From an uncultured Actinomycetota bacterium (GTDB lineage Bacteria; Actinomycetota; Actinomycetes; JAHEKZ01): DNA of 64,000 nt. A program made the position numbers and the translations under genes. The notes beneath the pieces are model-generated. The model was not told the origin of the DNA. It worked only from the letters and a program-made list of their open reading frames with translations, and made no database searches. The stretch covers positions 999,300-1,063,299 of the forward strand of contig CAWKCE010000003.1 in the NCBI GenBank assembly GCA_963848085.1, read 5' to 3'. Below, in pieces: positions 30,564-41,931 of this stretch (the first letter of the stretch is position 1; each line of letters starts with the position of its first letter).

Positions 30564-32219
30564 GTGGCAGCAGCATCCACCGCGAGACCAGGCCGCACCC
30601 TGGCGGTGCTCGGCCTGTTCGTGCTCACCATGGTCGGCTGGATGGTGATCAGCGGGAACACCCGCCCGCAGCTGGGGTTGGACCTGCGCGGCGGAACCAC
30701 GGTGACACTGCAGCCCAAGGTCGCTCCGGGTGAGACCGGCGCCATCACACAGGACTCCATCGACCAGGCCGTCTCCATCATCCAGGCACGTGTCAACGGC
30801 TTTGGAGTGGCAGAGGCCGACGTCGCCTCACAAGGCCGGGGTGCGGATGCGGTGATCGTGGTCTCCGTCCCCGGGGTCACCCAGAGCGAGCTCGTCGACC
30901 TGCTCGGCCGGACCGCCCGGCTGGGCTTCCGGCCGGTGCTCCAAGAGACAGCCGGCACGCCGCTGCCCGGCAACCCGACGCCCAGTCCCACCAAGACCGG
31001 CAAGAAGGACAAACAGAGCAGCGCGGGGAGCTCCGGCGGCCTGGTCCCCCGCACCGAGGCGACCCCCACCCCGACGCCGACCCCGACGCCGAGCGCCGCG
31101 GCCACGCCGTCGACAGCCGACAACGGGGGCGAGGTCACGCCGGAGCTGCAGGCCCAGTTCGCGACGCTGGACTGCTCGGTCGTCGACCAGCGGACGATCG
31201 GTGCGAACTTCAAGGCCGAGGATGCCATCGTCGCCTGTTCGGAGGACGGCGCGGCGAAGTACCTCCTCGGCCCGGTGGCTGTCGACGGTGCGAACATCGC
31301 GGATGCGACTGCCGGCATCCCGCCGAACGAGCTCGGCTGGGCGGTGCAGCTGCGGTTCGACTCAGAGGGCAGCAGGCTTTTCGCCGACACCACCCAGGAG
31401 CTGTTCGGGCAGACGCCCCCACAGAACCAGTTCGCCATCGTGCTGGACGGCCAGGTCGTGTCCGCGCCGCGCGTCAACGAGCCGATTCTCGGCGGGTCGG
31501 CCTCGATCACCGGCGACTTCACGCAGCAGGAGGCCACCGACCTCGCGACCGTGCTGAAGTTCGGCGCTCTGCCGCTGGCCTTCGACATCGGGGAGCGGCA
31601 GACCGTCTCCCCGACGCTGGGTGCGGACCAGCTGCGGGGCGGGCTCATCGCCGGTGCCCTCGGGCTGGTCCTCGTGGTCGTGTACCTGCTCATGTACTAC
31701 CGCGCCCTCGCTCTGGTGGCGGTCTTCAGCTTGGTGGTGGCGGCGCTGATCACGTACGGCACCGTCGTCTTCCTCGGCGCCACGTCGTTCGGGTTCACCC
31801 TGACCCTCGCCGGGGTGGCGGGACTCATCGTGGCGATCGGCATCACAGCCGACTCGTTCATCGTGTACTTCGAACGCATCAGAGACGAAGTGCGTGATGG
31901 CCGGACGCTTCGAGTGGCGCTGGAAGCGGGGTGGAGCCGGGCTAAGCGGACCATTATCGCGGCCGATGCCATCTCGCTGATCGCGGCGGTCATCTTGTAC
32001 GTGCTGTCCGTCGGCAGCGTCCGCGGGTTCGCCTTCGCGCTTGGGCTGACCACCGTGGTCGACCTCCTCGTGGTCTTCACGTTCACCAAGCCGCTCATCA
32101 CACTGCTTGCCCAGACGGCGTTCTTCAACAGCGGCAGTCCGTGGTCAGGTCTGTCGCCGGAGCGGCTTGGCGCGAAACGGCCCAACCGCCCGGCCGACGC
32201 AGTGGCGAAGGAGGCCTGA
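30564..32219 (+). CDS. secD: Protein translocase subunit SecD
   Basis: LGLDLRGG and C-terminal 6-TM region with GITADSFIVYFERIRDE. Contains a Pro/Thr-rich insert. Confidence 0.9.
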   Translation: MAAASTARPGRTLAVLGLFVLTMVGWMVISGNTRPQLGLDLRGGTTVTLQPKVAPGETGAITQDSIDQAVSIIQARVNGFGVAEADVASQGRGADAVIVVSVPGVTQSELVDLLGRTARLGFRPVLQETAGTPLPGNPTPSPTKTGKKDKQSSAGSSGGLVPRTEATPTPTPTPTPSAAATPSTADNGGEVTPELQAQFATLDCSVVDQRTIGANFKAEDAIVACSEDGAAKYLLGPVAVDGANIADATAGIPPNELGWAVQLRFDSEGSRLFADTTQELFGQTPPQNQFAIVLDGQVVSAPRVNEPILGGSASITGDFTQQEATDLATVLKFGALPLAFDIGERQTVSPTLGADQLRGGLIAGALGLVLVVVYLLMYYRALALVAVFSLVVAALITYGTVVFLGATSFGFTLTLAGVAGLIVAIGITADSFIVYFERIRDEVRDGRTLRVALEAGWSRAKRTIIAADAISLIAAVILYVLSVGSVRGFAFALGLTTVVDLLVVFTFTKPLITLLAQTAFFNSGSPWSGLSPERLGAKRPNRPADAVAKEA

Positions 32220-32220
32220 G

Positions 32221-33378
32221 ATGTCTCGGATCTCCGACTTCGGCGGCTCGCTCTACCGCGGTGACGTGTCGATCGACTTCGTCGGCCGGCGGCGCCAGTG
32301 GTACGCGATGTCGGCGCTGATCCTCGTCATCGCCCTCAGCTCGCTGGTCTGGAAGGGGCTGAACTTCGGCATCGAGTTCGAGGGCGGATCGGTCTTCGCC
32401 GTGCCGTCATCGACCTGCACGGTCGAGGTTGCCCGCGACGCCTTCAACGGGACGGCCGTCACCACCGCCGAGCCGATCGTCACCGAGGTGAGCGGGTCGA
32501 CGACGCGGTCAATCCGAGTTCAGACGCTGGCGCTGAACCCCGAGCAGACCAACCTCGTCGCGACCACCCTGGCCGATGCCTGCCAGGTCTCAGTCGACAC
32601 GGTCTCCACACAGGTGATCGGTCCCTCGTGGGGTGGTGAGATCACGAAGAAGGCCTTCACCGGGCTCGCTGTGTTCCTGCTCGCCATCGTGGTGTACCTG
32701 TCGATCACCTTCGAGTGGCGGATGGCAGCGGCCGCCTTGGTCGCTCTCGTCCACGACGTCGTGATCACCGTCGGCATCTACGCGCTCGTCGGGTTCGAAG
32801 TGACCCCCGCAAGCGTGATCGGCGTGCTCACGATCCTCGGCTACTCGCTGTACGACACGGTCGTCGTCTTCGACAAGGTCAAGGAGAACACCAAGGGTCT
32901 CACCGGCGGCAGCCGGATGACCTACAGCGAGGCCGCCAACCTGGCGGTCAACCAGACGCTGGTCCGCTCGATCAACACCTCCATCGTCGGGCTGCTCCCG
33001 GTGGCCGCGCTGCTGTTCGTGGGCGCGTATGTCCTCGGTGCCGGCACGTTGAAGGACCTCGCCTTGGCCCTGTTCGTGGGCATCGCCGTCGGCACCTACT
33101 CATCCATCTTCGTCGCCACGCCGTTCCTGGCCGAGCTCAAGGAGCGAGAGCCGGCCATGCGTGCGCTGTCCAAGCGGGTCGCGGCTCGTCGGGCCAGCCG
33201 GGACGCGTCGACGCAGACCCCGGCGCCAGTCGCAGCGGGTCCAAGCCCGGCAGCTGAGCCGCTGGGCGGGGACGGAGCTGCTCCCGGTCCTCGACCGCCG
33301 CGACCCACCACGTCCGGTGGGCCACGCAACCAGCCCAAGCGCTCCAAGTCGGCGAGGAAACGGCGCCCCAAGCGCTGA
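32221..33378 (+). CDS. secF: Protein translocase subunit SecF
   Basis: ATG 32221, one base after the secD stop. GIEFEGG and LGYSLYDTVVVFDKVKEN motifs. Basic Pro-rich tail. Confidence 0.9.
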   Translation: MSRISDFGGSLYRGDVSIDFVGRRRQWYAMSALILVIALSSLVWKGLNFGIEFEGGSVFAVPSSTCTVEVARDAFNGTAVTTAEPIVTEVSGSTTRSIRVQTLALNPEQTNLVATTLADACQVSVDTVSTQVIGPSWGGEITKKAFTGLAVFLLAIVVYLSITFEWRMAAAALVALVHDVVITVGIYALVGFEVTPASVIGVLTILGYSLYDTVVVFDKVKENTKGLTGGSRMTYSEAANLAVNQTLVRSINTSIVGLLPVAALLFVGAYVLGAGTLKDLALALFVGIAVGTYSSIFVATPFLAELKEREPAMRALSKRVAARRASRDASTQTPAPVAAGPSPAAEPLGGDGAAPGPRPPRPTTSGGPRNQPKRSKSARKRRPKR

Positions 33379-33438
33379 CCTCCGCAGCGACGGCTCCGCC
33401 TAGACTGGGCTGACGAGGAGTCGGCGGAGAGGGGCCGG

Positions 33439-35709
33439 ATGACTGACGATGCGTCTGCGGGCCCCACGGTCCGCGCGGACCGTGAGCCGACGCGCGTCCG
33501 GGCGGCGCTTGCTCGGCTGGGCGGCCAGCGCAGCACCCATCCGGAGCTGGAGCCGCTGTTCCGGACGATCCGGTCCACCCACCCGAAGACCGATCTGAAG
33601 CTGGTCGAACGCGCCTACGCCGTCGCCGACGAGCGCCACGAGGGCCAGCTGCGACGCAGCGGCGACCCGTACATCACCCACCCCCTGGCGGTCGCGCAGA
33701 TCCTGGCCGAGCTGGGCATGACCGCGCCCACGCTGTGTGCGGCCCTGCTCCATGACACCGTCGAGGACACCGACTACTCGCTGGAGTCGCTCCAGGCCGA
33801 GTTCGGTCAGGAGATCGCGCAACTGGTGGACGGGGTCACCAAGCTGGACAAGGTCAAGTACGGCGAGACCGCGCAGGCGGAGACCACGCGCAAGATGGTG
33901 GTCGCGATGGCCAAGGACATCCGGGTGCTGGTCATCAAGCTTGCCGACCGGCTGCACAACATGCGCACGCTGCGCTACCTGGCGGCCGACAAGCAGGAGC
34001 GAAAGGCCCGGGAGACTCTCGAGATCTACGCCCCGCTCGCGCACCGCCTCGGCATGAACGCCATCAAGTGGGAGCTGGAGGACCTGTCGTTCGGGACGCT
34101 CTACCCGAAGATGTTCGACGAGATCGTCCGCCTCGTGGAGAAGCGCGCGCCCAGCCGGCAGCAGTACCTGGCCACGGTGATCGACCAGGTCAACGCCGAT
34201 CTCCACGGCGCCCGGATCGTCGGGCAGGTGACCGGACGGCCGAAGCACTACTACAGCGTCTACCAGAAGATGATCGTGCGCGGCCTTGAGTTCGGCGACA
34301 TCTACGACCTCGTGGGTATCCGGGTGCTGGTCGAGTCGGTCCGCGACTGCTACGCGGCCTTGGGGGTCATCCACTCCCGGTGGAACCCCGTGCCCGGTCG
34401 GTTCAAGGACTACATCGCGATGCCCAAGTTCAACATGTACCAGTCGCTCCACACCACCGTGATCGGGCCAGAAGGCAAGCCTGTCGAGCTCCAGATCCGC
34501 ACGCACGCCATGCACCGACGGGCGGAGTACGGGGTCGCCGCGCACTGGAAGTACAAGGAGGAGGTGTCCGGCCAGCCGGGCGGTGGCGGCGGCTCGGACA
34601 TGATGTGGCTGAAGCAGCTCCTGGAATGGCAGCAGGAGACGGCCGACCCCGGCGAGTTCCTGGAGTCGCTGCGCTTCGAGATGGGGCGGGCCGAGGTCTA
34701 CGTCTTCACGCCCAAGGGGGACGTGATTGCGTTGTCGGCGGGTTCCACGCCGGTGGACTTCGCCTATGCGGTGCACACCGAGGTGGGGCATCGCACGATC
34801 GGCGCCCGCGTGAACGGTCGGCTGGTCCCCTTGGACTCGCCGATGGAGAACGGTGACGTCGTCGAGGTACTCACCTCCAAGGGCGAAGGGGCCGGGCCGA
34901 GCCAGGACTGGCTGCGGTTCGTCCGCACTGCCCGGGCGCGCAACAAGATCCGCGCCTGGTTCTCCAAGGAGCGGCGCGAGGAGGCGGTGGAGCGGGGGAA
35001 GGACTCCATTGCCCGGGCAATGCGCAAGCAGGGGCTGCCGCTCCAGCGAGTCCTCAGTGGGCCGGCGCTGCTGTCTGTGGCTGCCGACCTCCGCCAGAAG
35101 GACATCTCCGCCCTGTACGCCGCCGTGGGGGAGGGGCAGGTCAGCGCCCAGACGGTGGTGCAGCGCCTCTTGCAGTCGTTGGGCGGCGAGGAGGGTGCCG
35201 TCGAGGACCTCGCCGAGGCCACCCGGCCCACCGACCCGGGGCGCACGAAGGCCGGACCGATGGCAGATGCCGGGGTCGTCGTGCGTGGGGTCGAGGACGT
35301 CTGGATCAAGCTGGCGCGCTGCTGCACGCCGGTCCCTGGCGACCCGATCGTCGGCTTCGTCACGCAGGGGAGTGGGGTGTCCGTCCACCGGGAGGACTGC
35401 ACCAACGTCCGTTCGATGGACACCGATCGGTTCGTCGACGTCGAGTGGGCGCCGACGGCGAGCAGCGTGTTCCTCGTGGCTGTCCAGGTGGAGGCGCTCG
35501 ACCGGCCGCGGCTGCTGTCGGACATCACCCGCGTGCTGTCGGACCAGCACGTGAACATCCTGAGTGCGTCGGTGACCACGAGCCGCGACCGGGTCGCCAT
35601 CTCCCGGTTCACCTTCGAGATGGGGGAGACGCGGCACCTCGGGCACGTGCTGAGCGCGGTGCGCGGGGTGGAGGGCGTGTTCGACGTCTACCGGATCACC
35701 AACGCCTGA
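33439..35709 (+). CDS. rel: Bifunctional (p)ppGpp synthetase/hydrolase (RSH)
   Basis: HD hydrolase motif ([15 protein letters not shown]), synthetase motifs ([24 protein letters not shown]), and TGS and ACT regions. 756 aa. Confidence 0.95.
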   Translation: MTDDASAGPTVRADREPTRVRAALARLGGQRSTHPELEPLFRTIRSTHPKTDLKLVERAYAVADERHEGQLRRSGDPYITHPLAVAQILAELGMTAPTLCAALLHDTVEDTDYSLESLQAEFGQEIAQLVDGVTKLDKVKYGETAQAETTRKMVVAMAKDIRVLVIKLADRLHNMRTLRYLAADKQERKARETLEIYAPLAHRLGMNAIKWELEDLSFGTLYPKMFDEIVRLVEKRAPSRQQYLATVIDQVNADLHGARIVGQVTGRPKHYYSVYQKMIVRGLEFGDIYDLVGIRVLVESVRDCYAALGVIHSRWNPVPGRFKDYIAMPKFNMYQSLHTTVIGPEGKPVELQIRTHAMHRRAEYGVAAHWKYKEEVSGQPGGGGGSDMMWLKQLLEWQQETADPGEFLESLRFEMGRAEVYVFTPKGDVIALSAGSTPVDFAYAVHTEVGHRTIGARVNGRLVPLDSPMENGDVVEVLTSKGEGAGPSQDWLRFVRTARARNKIRAWFSKERREEAVERGKDSIARAMRKQGLPLQRVLSGPALLSVAADLRQKDISALYAAVGEGQVSAQTVVQRLLQSLGGEEGAVEDLAEATRPTDPGRTKAGPMADAGVVVRGVEDVWIKLARCCTPVPGDPIVGFVTQGSGVSVHREDCTNVRSMDTDRFVDVEWAPTASSVFLVAVQVEALDRPRLLSDITRVLSDQHVNILSASVTTSRDRVAISRFTFEMGETRHLGHVLSAVRGVEGVFDVYRITNA

Positions 35710-35715
35710 GTCGGC

Positions 35716-36945
35716 TCAGCCGCCGAACTCGGCGAGCGCTCGCTCGGCCTGTACCAACCACTCCCGCCGCGCCGCCAGGGCCTCGCCGGCCTCGGCTGCC
35801 TTCTTCTCGTCTCCCGCCGCCAGGGCGGCCGCCTGCTGCTTCTCCAGCTTGGCGATGGTCACCCTGAGCTGATCGACGGAGTCCGAGGCGCGGGCCCGCG
35901 CCTCCGGGTTGGACCGCTTCCACCGAGTCTCCTCGGCCTGTCGAAGGGTGTCCTCGACCGCCTTGAGCCGCCCTTCGACGGCATCGCGTGCCTGACGGGG
36001 GACGTGTCCCACCTGAGCCCAGCGGTCCTGGATGCCACGCAGCCGCTGCCGTGCCTCGGCCGCATCGCTGGCCGGGAGCAGGCCCTCCGCCTCACGGGCC
36101 AGCGCCTCCTTGGCTTCGAGGTTCTTGCGCTGTTCGTCGTCGCGCTGGCTGAACACCTCGCTGCGGGCGGAGAAGAACGTGTCCTGGGCGGCCCGGAACT
36201 TCTGCCACAAGTCGTCCTCCGCGCTGCGGGACGCCGGACCGGCGGCCTTCCAGCGGCGCATGAGGTCGCGGTAGGCAGCCGCGGTGGGTCCCCACTCGCG
36301 ACTGCCGGACAGTGCCTCGGCCTCCTTGACCAGCCCCTGCTTGGTCAGCTCGGCGGACTGACGTTGGGAGTCCAGCTGGGCGAAATGAGCGCGGCGGCGC
36401 TTGTCGAAGGCGGTGCGGGCTCGGCTGATCCGGTGCCACAGCTGCTGTTCGGCGGCTCGGTCATGCCGGGGAAGCGCCTTCCACTCCTCGACGATCGCCC
36501 GGAACCGCTCGGTGCCGACCTTCCAGCGGGAGCTGTCGGCCAGGCCCTCGGCCTCGGTTGCCAGCGCCTCCCGGGTCTGCAGCACCTGCAACCGGGCAGC
36601 CGCCTTCTCGGCCGCGCGTGCCGCACGCTTGGCGTCGACCGTCGCGACGAGCGCGTCGAGCCGGGCTCGCAACGCGTCGAGGTCACCGACGCACGCCGGC
36701 TCGTCGAGCTGGGCGCGGAGACGGCCGACCGCCGCCATCGCCTCGTCCGGCGCGAGACCGGCCTCCCCGACACGATGGGTCAGCAGGTCAATGTCGACCG
36801 ACAGTCCCTGGTAGCGGCGGTGGTAGAACGCCAGGCCGGCGGCGGGGTCGCCGGCCAGCCACGACCCCACCAGGCGCTCGCCGTCGGCGGTACGCACGAA
36901 CACCTGTCCCTGATCGTCGACCCGGCCCCACGGTTCTTCGGTCAT
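35716..36945 (-). CDS. DUF349 repeat protein
   Basis: Repeated ..W(K/A)....R......LW..F......F helical units, e.g. EEWKALPRHDRAAEQQLWHRISRARTAF. ATG 36945. Confidence 0.7.
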   Translation of the reverse strand: MTEEPWGRVDDQGQVFVRTADGERLVGSWLAGDPAAGLAFYHRRYQGLSVDIDLLTHRVGEAGLAPDEAMAAVGRLRAQLDEPACVGDLDALRARLDALVATVDAKRAARAAEKAAARLQVLQTREALATEAEGLADSSRWKVGTERFRAIVEEWKALPRHDRAAEQQLWHRISRARTAFDKRRRAHFAQLDSQRQSAELTKQGLVKEAEALSGSREWGPTAAAYRDLMRRWKAAGPASRSAEDDLWQKFRAAQDTFFSARSEVFSQRDDEQRKNLEAKEALAREAEGLLPASDAAEARQRLRGIQDRWAQVGHVPRQARDAVEGRLKAVEDTLRQAEETRWKRSNPEARARASDSVDQLRVTIAKLEKQQAAALAAGDEKKAAEAGEALAARREWLVQAERALAEFGG

Positions 36946-37018
36946 GGCGCTCCCTGGTCCGGTCGGTCGCGGGTCTCCCGCGTTGTGGTGGCCTACGTGC
37001 GGCAATTCTGCCCTGTGG

Positions 37019-37810
37019 TCAGCCCACGGTGGCAGACTCGATGACCACCTTCTGGACTGGTTCGACCGACGCGCCCCCGGTGGTGCCGACCTGCGCCACC
37101 CGCTTGACCACCGGCAGCCCCTGGGTCAGCCGCCCGACGACCGTGTACGCCGGGGGAAGGGTGGTGTCTTCGTACACGATGAAGAACTGGCTTCCGGCTT
37201 GCCCTCCGCCTGGCTCGGCCATGGCCACCACGCCCGCCGGGTACTTGCCGTCCGGTGGGACGTTCTCGTCGGGCACCGTGTAGCCCGGCCCGCCGGACCC
37301 GGTGTAGGTGGGGTCACCGCACTGCAGGACGAACAGTCCGCTCGTTGTCAGTCGATGACATCCGGTTGCGTCGAAGTAGCCCTTCTCGGCCAGGAAGGCG
37401 AGCGAGTTGGCGTTGTCCGGCGCCTTCTTGGTGTCGAGCTCGATCACGATGTCCCCGCAGTTGGTGGCCAGGGTGAGCGTCGCCGGACCCTTGCCCAACA
37501 CCTGCTTGGGCGCATCGAACTGCTGCGGGTCGGCGATCGGCACCACGGTGGCCTCGGTGCAGCCTTGCGCCTGGCTGACGCTCGGGGAGGGCAGCGCCTC
37601 GGGCGAGGGCTGGTCGTCGCCGGACAGGAAGGACGAGTAGCCCCAGAACCCGACTCCGGCGACGACGGCCAGGACGACGACGCCGATGCCGACCCGCTGC
37701 ACCAGGTGGCGACGACGGTGCTTCCTGGCCTGCCGCTCCTGGTAGCGCTCGTAGCGCCGGCGTGCCGCTGCGCGGCGCGCCTGTTGGCTGCTGGGGGACA
37801 CCCGACCCAC
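37019..37810 (-). CDS. Cyclophilin-type peptidyl-prolyl cis-trans isomerase, membrane anchored
   Basis: N-terminal TM, then GYFDATGCHRL..LQCGDPTYTGSGGPGYT..VVAMAE..AGSQFFIVY. Confidence 0.85.
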   Translation of the reverse strand: MGRVSPSSQQARRAAARRRYERYQERQARKHRRRHLVQRVGIGVVVLAVVAGVGFWGYSSFLSGDDQPSPEALPSPSVSQAQGCTEATVVPIADPQQFDAPKQVLGKGPATLTLATNCGDIVIELDTKKAPDNANSLAFLAEKGYFDATGCHRLTTSGLFVLQCGDPTYTGSGGPGYTVPDENVPPDGKYPAGVVAMAEPGGGQAGSQFFIVYEDTTLPPAYTVVGRLTQGLPVVKRVAQVGTTGGASVEPVQKVVIESATVG

Positions 37811-38010
37811 CCTTCGATCCGAGAAAGACTCCAGGTGCTGCCTGTCCTGACCAGGCCGGACGGCGAGCAGCGCATCAGTCTAGGTAATCACCGGACGGTG
37901 GATGGACATATCGAGTCGCGGCCGAGGGGAGGCCGGCCGGTAGGCTCGGCACCCGATCGGCGCGTGCGCGCTGTTTCCCGTCCGTCAGACGACCAGAACA
38001 GGAGCCCCGC

Positions 38011-38727
38011 GTGTTCGTCGCCGGCTTCCCGTCCGCGGCGTTCGGCACCAACGTCTACGTGGTGGCTCCGGCGCCGGGCGAGCAGTGCGTCGTCGTCGAC
38101 CCGGGTGTCGAGGTGGCCAGTGGTGTTGACGCCCTCCTGCGGGAGCACAATCTCGAGCCGGTGGCGGTGCTGCTGACCCACGGACATCTCGACCACACTT
38201 TCTCGGTCGTGCCCGTCGGTACTCGGCGCGGACTGCCCGCCTACATCCACCCGGGTGACCGGGAGCTCCTCTCCGACCCCATGAAGGGGCTGAGCGAGGA
38301 CACCCGGTCGATGTTCGGTGGACGGCTGGAGTGGGTCGAGCCCGACGACGTGCGCAGCCTCGACGACGGTCACGACCTGGAGCTGGCTGGCCTGCGCATC
38401 ACCGTCGACCACGCGCCCGGACACACGCCTGGTTCGGTGATGTTCCGCGTCGCGGGAGCACCGGATTCGGTCCAGGGGCTGGACGCGGCGCCGACCCAGA
38501 CCGTGTGGTCGGGCGACGTGTTGTTCGCCGGCTCGATCGGGCGGACCGACCTGCCCGGGGGGTCGCACGCCCAGATGATGGAGTCGTTGCGGACCAAGGT
38601 GCTTCCCCTTCCCGACGACGCGGTCGTGCTACCGGGTCACGGCGGCGCGACCACCGTCGGGCAGGAGCGGAAGTCCAACCCCTTCCTCGCCGGGGTGCTG
38701 CCGAGCGTCCCTGGTCGGGGGTTGTGA
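38011..38727 (+). CDS. MBL-fold metallo-hydrolase (glyoxalase II-like)
   Basis: LLTHGHLDH zinc motif, HAPGHTPGS and GHGG motifs. Confidence 0.8.
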   Translation: MFVAGFPSAAFGTNVYVVAPAPGEQCVVVDPGVEVASGVDALLREHNLEPVAVLLTHGHLDHTFSVVPVGTRRGLPAYIHPGDRELLSDPMKGLSEDTRSMFGGRLEWVEPDDVRSLDDGHDLELAGLRITVDHAPGHTPGSVMFRVAGAPDSVQGLDAAPTQTVWSGDVLFAGSIGRTDLPGGSHAQMMESLRTKVLPLPDDAVVLPGHGGATTVGQERKSNPFLAGVLPSVPGRGL

Positions 38728-38730
38728 CCC

Positions 38731-40113
38731 GTGGCGAGTCCCAGCCCCCTGTCCGGCTTCCCTGAGTACCTGCCGAGCCAGCGCATCGTCGAGCTCCACG
38801 TCCTCGACACCGTCCGGCGGATCTTCGAGCTCCACGGTTTCGCGTCGGTCGAGACGCGCGCGGTCGAGCCGCTGGACCAGCTGTTGCGCAAAGGTGAGAT
38901 CGACAAGGAGGTGTACGTCCTGCGCCGCCTGCACGCCGAAGAGGCGCAGGGTGATGCCGGTCTCGGCCTCCACTACGACCTCACGGTGCCCTTCGCCCGG
39001 TATGTGCTGCAGAACGCCGGCTCCCTCCAGTTCCCCTTCCGTCGCTACCAGATCCAGAAGGCGTGGCGGGGAGAGCGCCCCCAGGAGGGCCGCTACCGGG
39101 AGTTCACCCAGGCGGACATCGACGTTGTCGGTCGCGACACGCTCGCCTTCCATCACGAGGTCGAGGTCGCCCTGGTGATGGCGGAGGTGTTCCGCGAGCT
39201 CCCGGGGCCGCCGGCGGTCATTCTGGTCAACAACCGCAAGCTGATGGAGGGGTTCTTCCGGGGGGTCGGAGCGACCAACCTCGGGGCCGCTATGCGCGCC
39301 ATTGACAAGCTGGGGAAGGCCGGTCCAGTCGCTGTCGCCGGCCTGCTGGTCTCGGAAGCCGGGATGAGTGCCGGCGCCGCGGACCAGTGCCTGGCGCTGG
39401 CTGCCATCAGGTCTGCTGACGGGTCGTTCGTTGCCCGTGTCGGGGAGCTCGGGGTGGAACACCCGCTGCTGGCGGAGGGGCTGGCCGAGCTGGCCGCCGT
39501 GATCGAGGCGGCCCACGCTCGGATGCCCGGTGCCGTGGTCGCGGACCTTCGGATCGCCCGGGGGCTCGACTACTACACCGGTACCGTGTACGAGACCGAG
39601 CTGGCAGGCTTCGAGTCCCTCGGATCGGTCTGCTCGGGCGGTCGGTACGACGCGCTCGCGTCCGACGGGCGGACGACGTACCCGGGCGTCGGAATCTCGC
39701 TGGGCGTGACCCGGCTCATGGCCGCCCTGGTCGGACGAGAGCTCGTCACTGCCAGCCGGTCGGTGCCGTCCGCCGTGCTGGTGGCGGTGACCGACGAGGC
39801 CCATCGGGGGGCATCCGACGCGGTGGCGGCGCAGCTGCGCACCCGAGGGATCAGCACCGAGGTGGCGCCGGCGGCCACCAAGTTCGGCAAGCAGATCCGG
39901 CATGCGGACCAGCGTGGTATTCCGTTCGTCTGGTTTCCCGCCGAGGACGGTGAGGACTCGGTCAAGGACATTCGCAGCGGCGACCAGGTGGCCGCCGACG
40001 CGATGACCTGGGCTCCGCCAGAGGTCGACCGACGGCCCGTCGTCGTCGCGACCGATCACCGCCAGACCGATCACCGCCAGACCGATCACCACAGTGAGGA
40101 GACCCACCCGTGA
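38731..40113 (+). CDS. hisS: Histidine--tRNA ligase with C-terminal His/Asp-rich repeat extension
   Basis: Class II motifs ([49 protein letters not shown]). Confidence 0.95.
   Translation: MASPSPLSGFPEYLPSQRIVELHVLDTVRRIFELHGFASVETRAVEPLDQLLRKGEIDKEVYVLRRLHAEEAQGDAGLGLHYDLTVPFARYVLQNAGSLQFPFRRYQIQKAWRGERPQEGRYREFTQADIDVVGRDTLAFHHEVEVALVMAEVFRELPGPPAVILVNNRKLMEGFFRGVGATNLGAAMRAIDKLGKAGPVAVAGLLVSEAGMSAGAADQCLALAAIRSADGSFVARVGELGVEHPLLAEGLAELAAVIEAAHARMPGAVVADLRIARGLDYYTGTVYETELAGFESLGSVCSGGRYDALASDGRTTYPGVGISLGVTRLMAALVGRELVTASRSVPSAVLVAVTDEAHRGASDAVAAQLRTRGISTEVAPAATKFGKQIRHADQRGIPFVWFPAEDGEDSVKDIRSGDQVAADAMTWAPPEVDRRPVVVATDHRQTDHRQTDHHSEETHP
40051..40090 (+). repeat. 15-nt in-frame tandem repeat accgatcaccgccag x2.7, encoding [13 protein letters not shown]
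   Basis: Read directly. Lies in the last 20 codons of hisS. Confidence 0.9.
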
Positions 40114-41861
40114 TGCGGACGCGCGAGGCCGGCACGCTGCGCGCGGCCGACGCCGGGTCGGAGGTGGTGCTGGCCGGCTGGGTGGCACGGCGCCGCGACC
40201 ACGGAGGAGTTGCCTTCCTCGACCTGCGGGACGCGTCTGGCGTGGTGCAGGTCGTGGTCCGGGATGCCTCGGTGGCCGGCGACCTGCGCAGCGAGTTCTG
40301 CCTCCGGGTGGTGGGCGAAGCGGTGCGGCGACCGGAGGGCAACGAGAACACCGACATCGCCACCGGGCAGGTCGAGGTCATCGCCCAGGAGGTCGAGATC
40401 CTCAGCGAGTCGGCCGCGCTCCCGTTCCCCATCGACGAGCACGTCACCGTGGGCGAGGACATCCGACTGAGGTACCGGTACCTGGACCTGCGCCGGACCG
40501 ACCCCAGCCGGTTGCTGCGGCTGCGGTCTCGCGCAACCCGGGTGATCCGGCAGGTCATGGACGACCTCGGGTTCCTGGACGTCGAGACCCCTTACCTGAC
40601 CCGCTCCACGCCCGAGGGAGCCCGCGACTTCCTGGTTCCGGTGCGCCTCCAGCCGGGCGCCTGGTATGCGCTGCCCCAGTCCCCTCAGCTGTTCAAGCAG
40701 CTCCTCATGGTCGCGGGGCTGGAGCGGTACTTCCAGATTGTCCGCTGCTTCCGCGACGAGGACTTCCGAGCCGACCGGCAGCCGGAGTTCAGCCAGTTGG
40801 ACATTGAGATGTCCTTCGTCGACCAGGACGACGTCATCGCCGTCGGAGAGCGGGTGGTCGCCGCCCTGTGGCGTGACATCCACGGGTACGAGCTGCCGCT
40901 GCCGCTGCCTCGCATGACGCACGCTGAGGCGATGGCACGGTTCGGCAGCGACAAGCCGGACGTGCGCTTCGGTCAGGAGCTCGTCGATGTCACGGCCTAC
41001 TTCGCCGCCACCCCCTTCCGGGTCTTCCAGGCCGAGCACGTCGGCGCCGTCGTCATGCCGGGTGGCGCCTCCCAGTCCCGCAAGGAGCTCGACGCGTGGC
41101 AGGAGTGGGCGCGGTCTCGGGGCGCTCGGGGGCTGGCGTATGTGCTGGTTCAAGCCGACGGCCAGCTGGCGGGGCCGGTGGCAAAGAACCTCGCGGAGGA
41201 GGAGCGTGCCGGGCTGCCGGCCGCGGTAGGGGCGGCGCCGGGTGACGCCGTCTTCTTCGCCGCCGGGGCGCCGAGCGAGGCGCAGGCACTGCTCGGCGCG
41301 GCACGGCTGGAGATCGGGCGTCGCTGCGGCTTGGTCGACGAGTCCCAGTGGGCGTTCCTGTGGGTGGTGGATGCGCCCCTGTTCGAGCCGGACGGCACGG
41401 GGGGCTGGACCTCGGTGCACCACCCGTTCACCGCACCGAACGCGGAGTGGGAGGCGGCCTTCCACCTCGAGCCCCACGCCGCCCTGGGCTATGCCTACGA
41501 CCTGGTCCTCAACGGGTCGGAGATCGGCGGCGGGTCCATCCGTATCCATCGCCCGGAGCAGCAGCAGCGTGTGTTCGACGTGATCGGGTTGTCCGCCGCC
41601 GAGGCAGAGTCGAAGTTCGGCTTCCTGCTGGAAGCCCTCCGATACGGGCCGCCCCCGCACGGCGGGATCGCCTTCGGGCTGGACCGGGTGGTGGCCTTGC
41701 TCGGCGGTGCCGAGTCGATCCGGGAGGTCATCGCCTTCCCGAAGACCGCCTCCGGCGGTGACCCGCTCACCGGGGCCCCCACCCCCATCACCGCGGCCCA
41801 ACGCGCCGAAGCCGGCGTCGACGCCCCCGCCCCCGATCCCGCCCCCGATCCGGTGCATTGA
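40110..41861 (+). CDS. aspS: Aspartate--tRNA ligase
   Basis: [45 protein letters not shown] and GIAFGLDR motifs. GTGA overlap with hisS. Confidence 0.95.
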   Translation: MMRTREAGTLRAADAGSEVVLAGWVARRRDHGGVAFLDLRDASGVVQVVVRDASVAGDLRSEFCLRVVGEAVRRPEGNENTDIATGQVEVIAQEVEILSESAALPFPIDEHVTVGEDIRLRYRYLDLRRTDPSRLLRLRSRATRVIRQVMDDLGFLDVETPYLTRSTPEGARDFLVPVRLQPGAWYALPQSPQLFKQLLMVAGLERYFQIVRCFRDEDFRADRQPEFSQLDIEMSFVDQDDVIAVGERVVAALWRDIHGYELPLPLPRMTHAEAMARFGSDKPDVRFGQELVDVTAYFAATPFRVFQAEHVGAVVMPGGASQSRKELDAWQEWARSRGARGLAYVLVQADGQLAGPVAKNLAEEERAGLPAAVGAAPGDAVFFAAGAPSEAQALLGAARLEIGRRCGLVDESQWAFLWVVDAPLFEPDGTGGWTSVHHPFTAPNAEWEAAFHLEPHAALGYAYDLVLNGSEIGGGSIRIHRPEQQQRVFDVIGLSAAEAESKFGFLLEALRYGPPPHGGIAFGLDRVVALLGGAESIREVIAFPKTASGGDPLTGAPTPITAAQRAEAGVDAPAPDPAPDPVH

Positions 41862-41931
41862 CGCACTGCACCGGACCTAGCGGCGAAACTCCGCACGCTG
41901 CCGCGGAGTCCGGGGACTAGGGTGCGGATGC

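Noticed and set aside
33379-33438. Absence of apt (adenine phosphoribosyltransferase) between secF and rel, where mycobacteria have it.
   Set aside because: This is a simple lineage-specific synteny difference. The gap is only 60 nt and shows no gene remnant.
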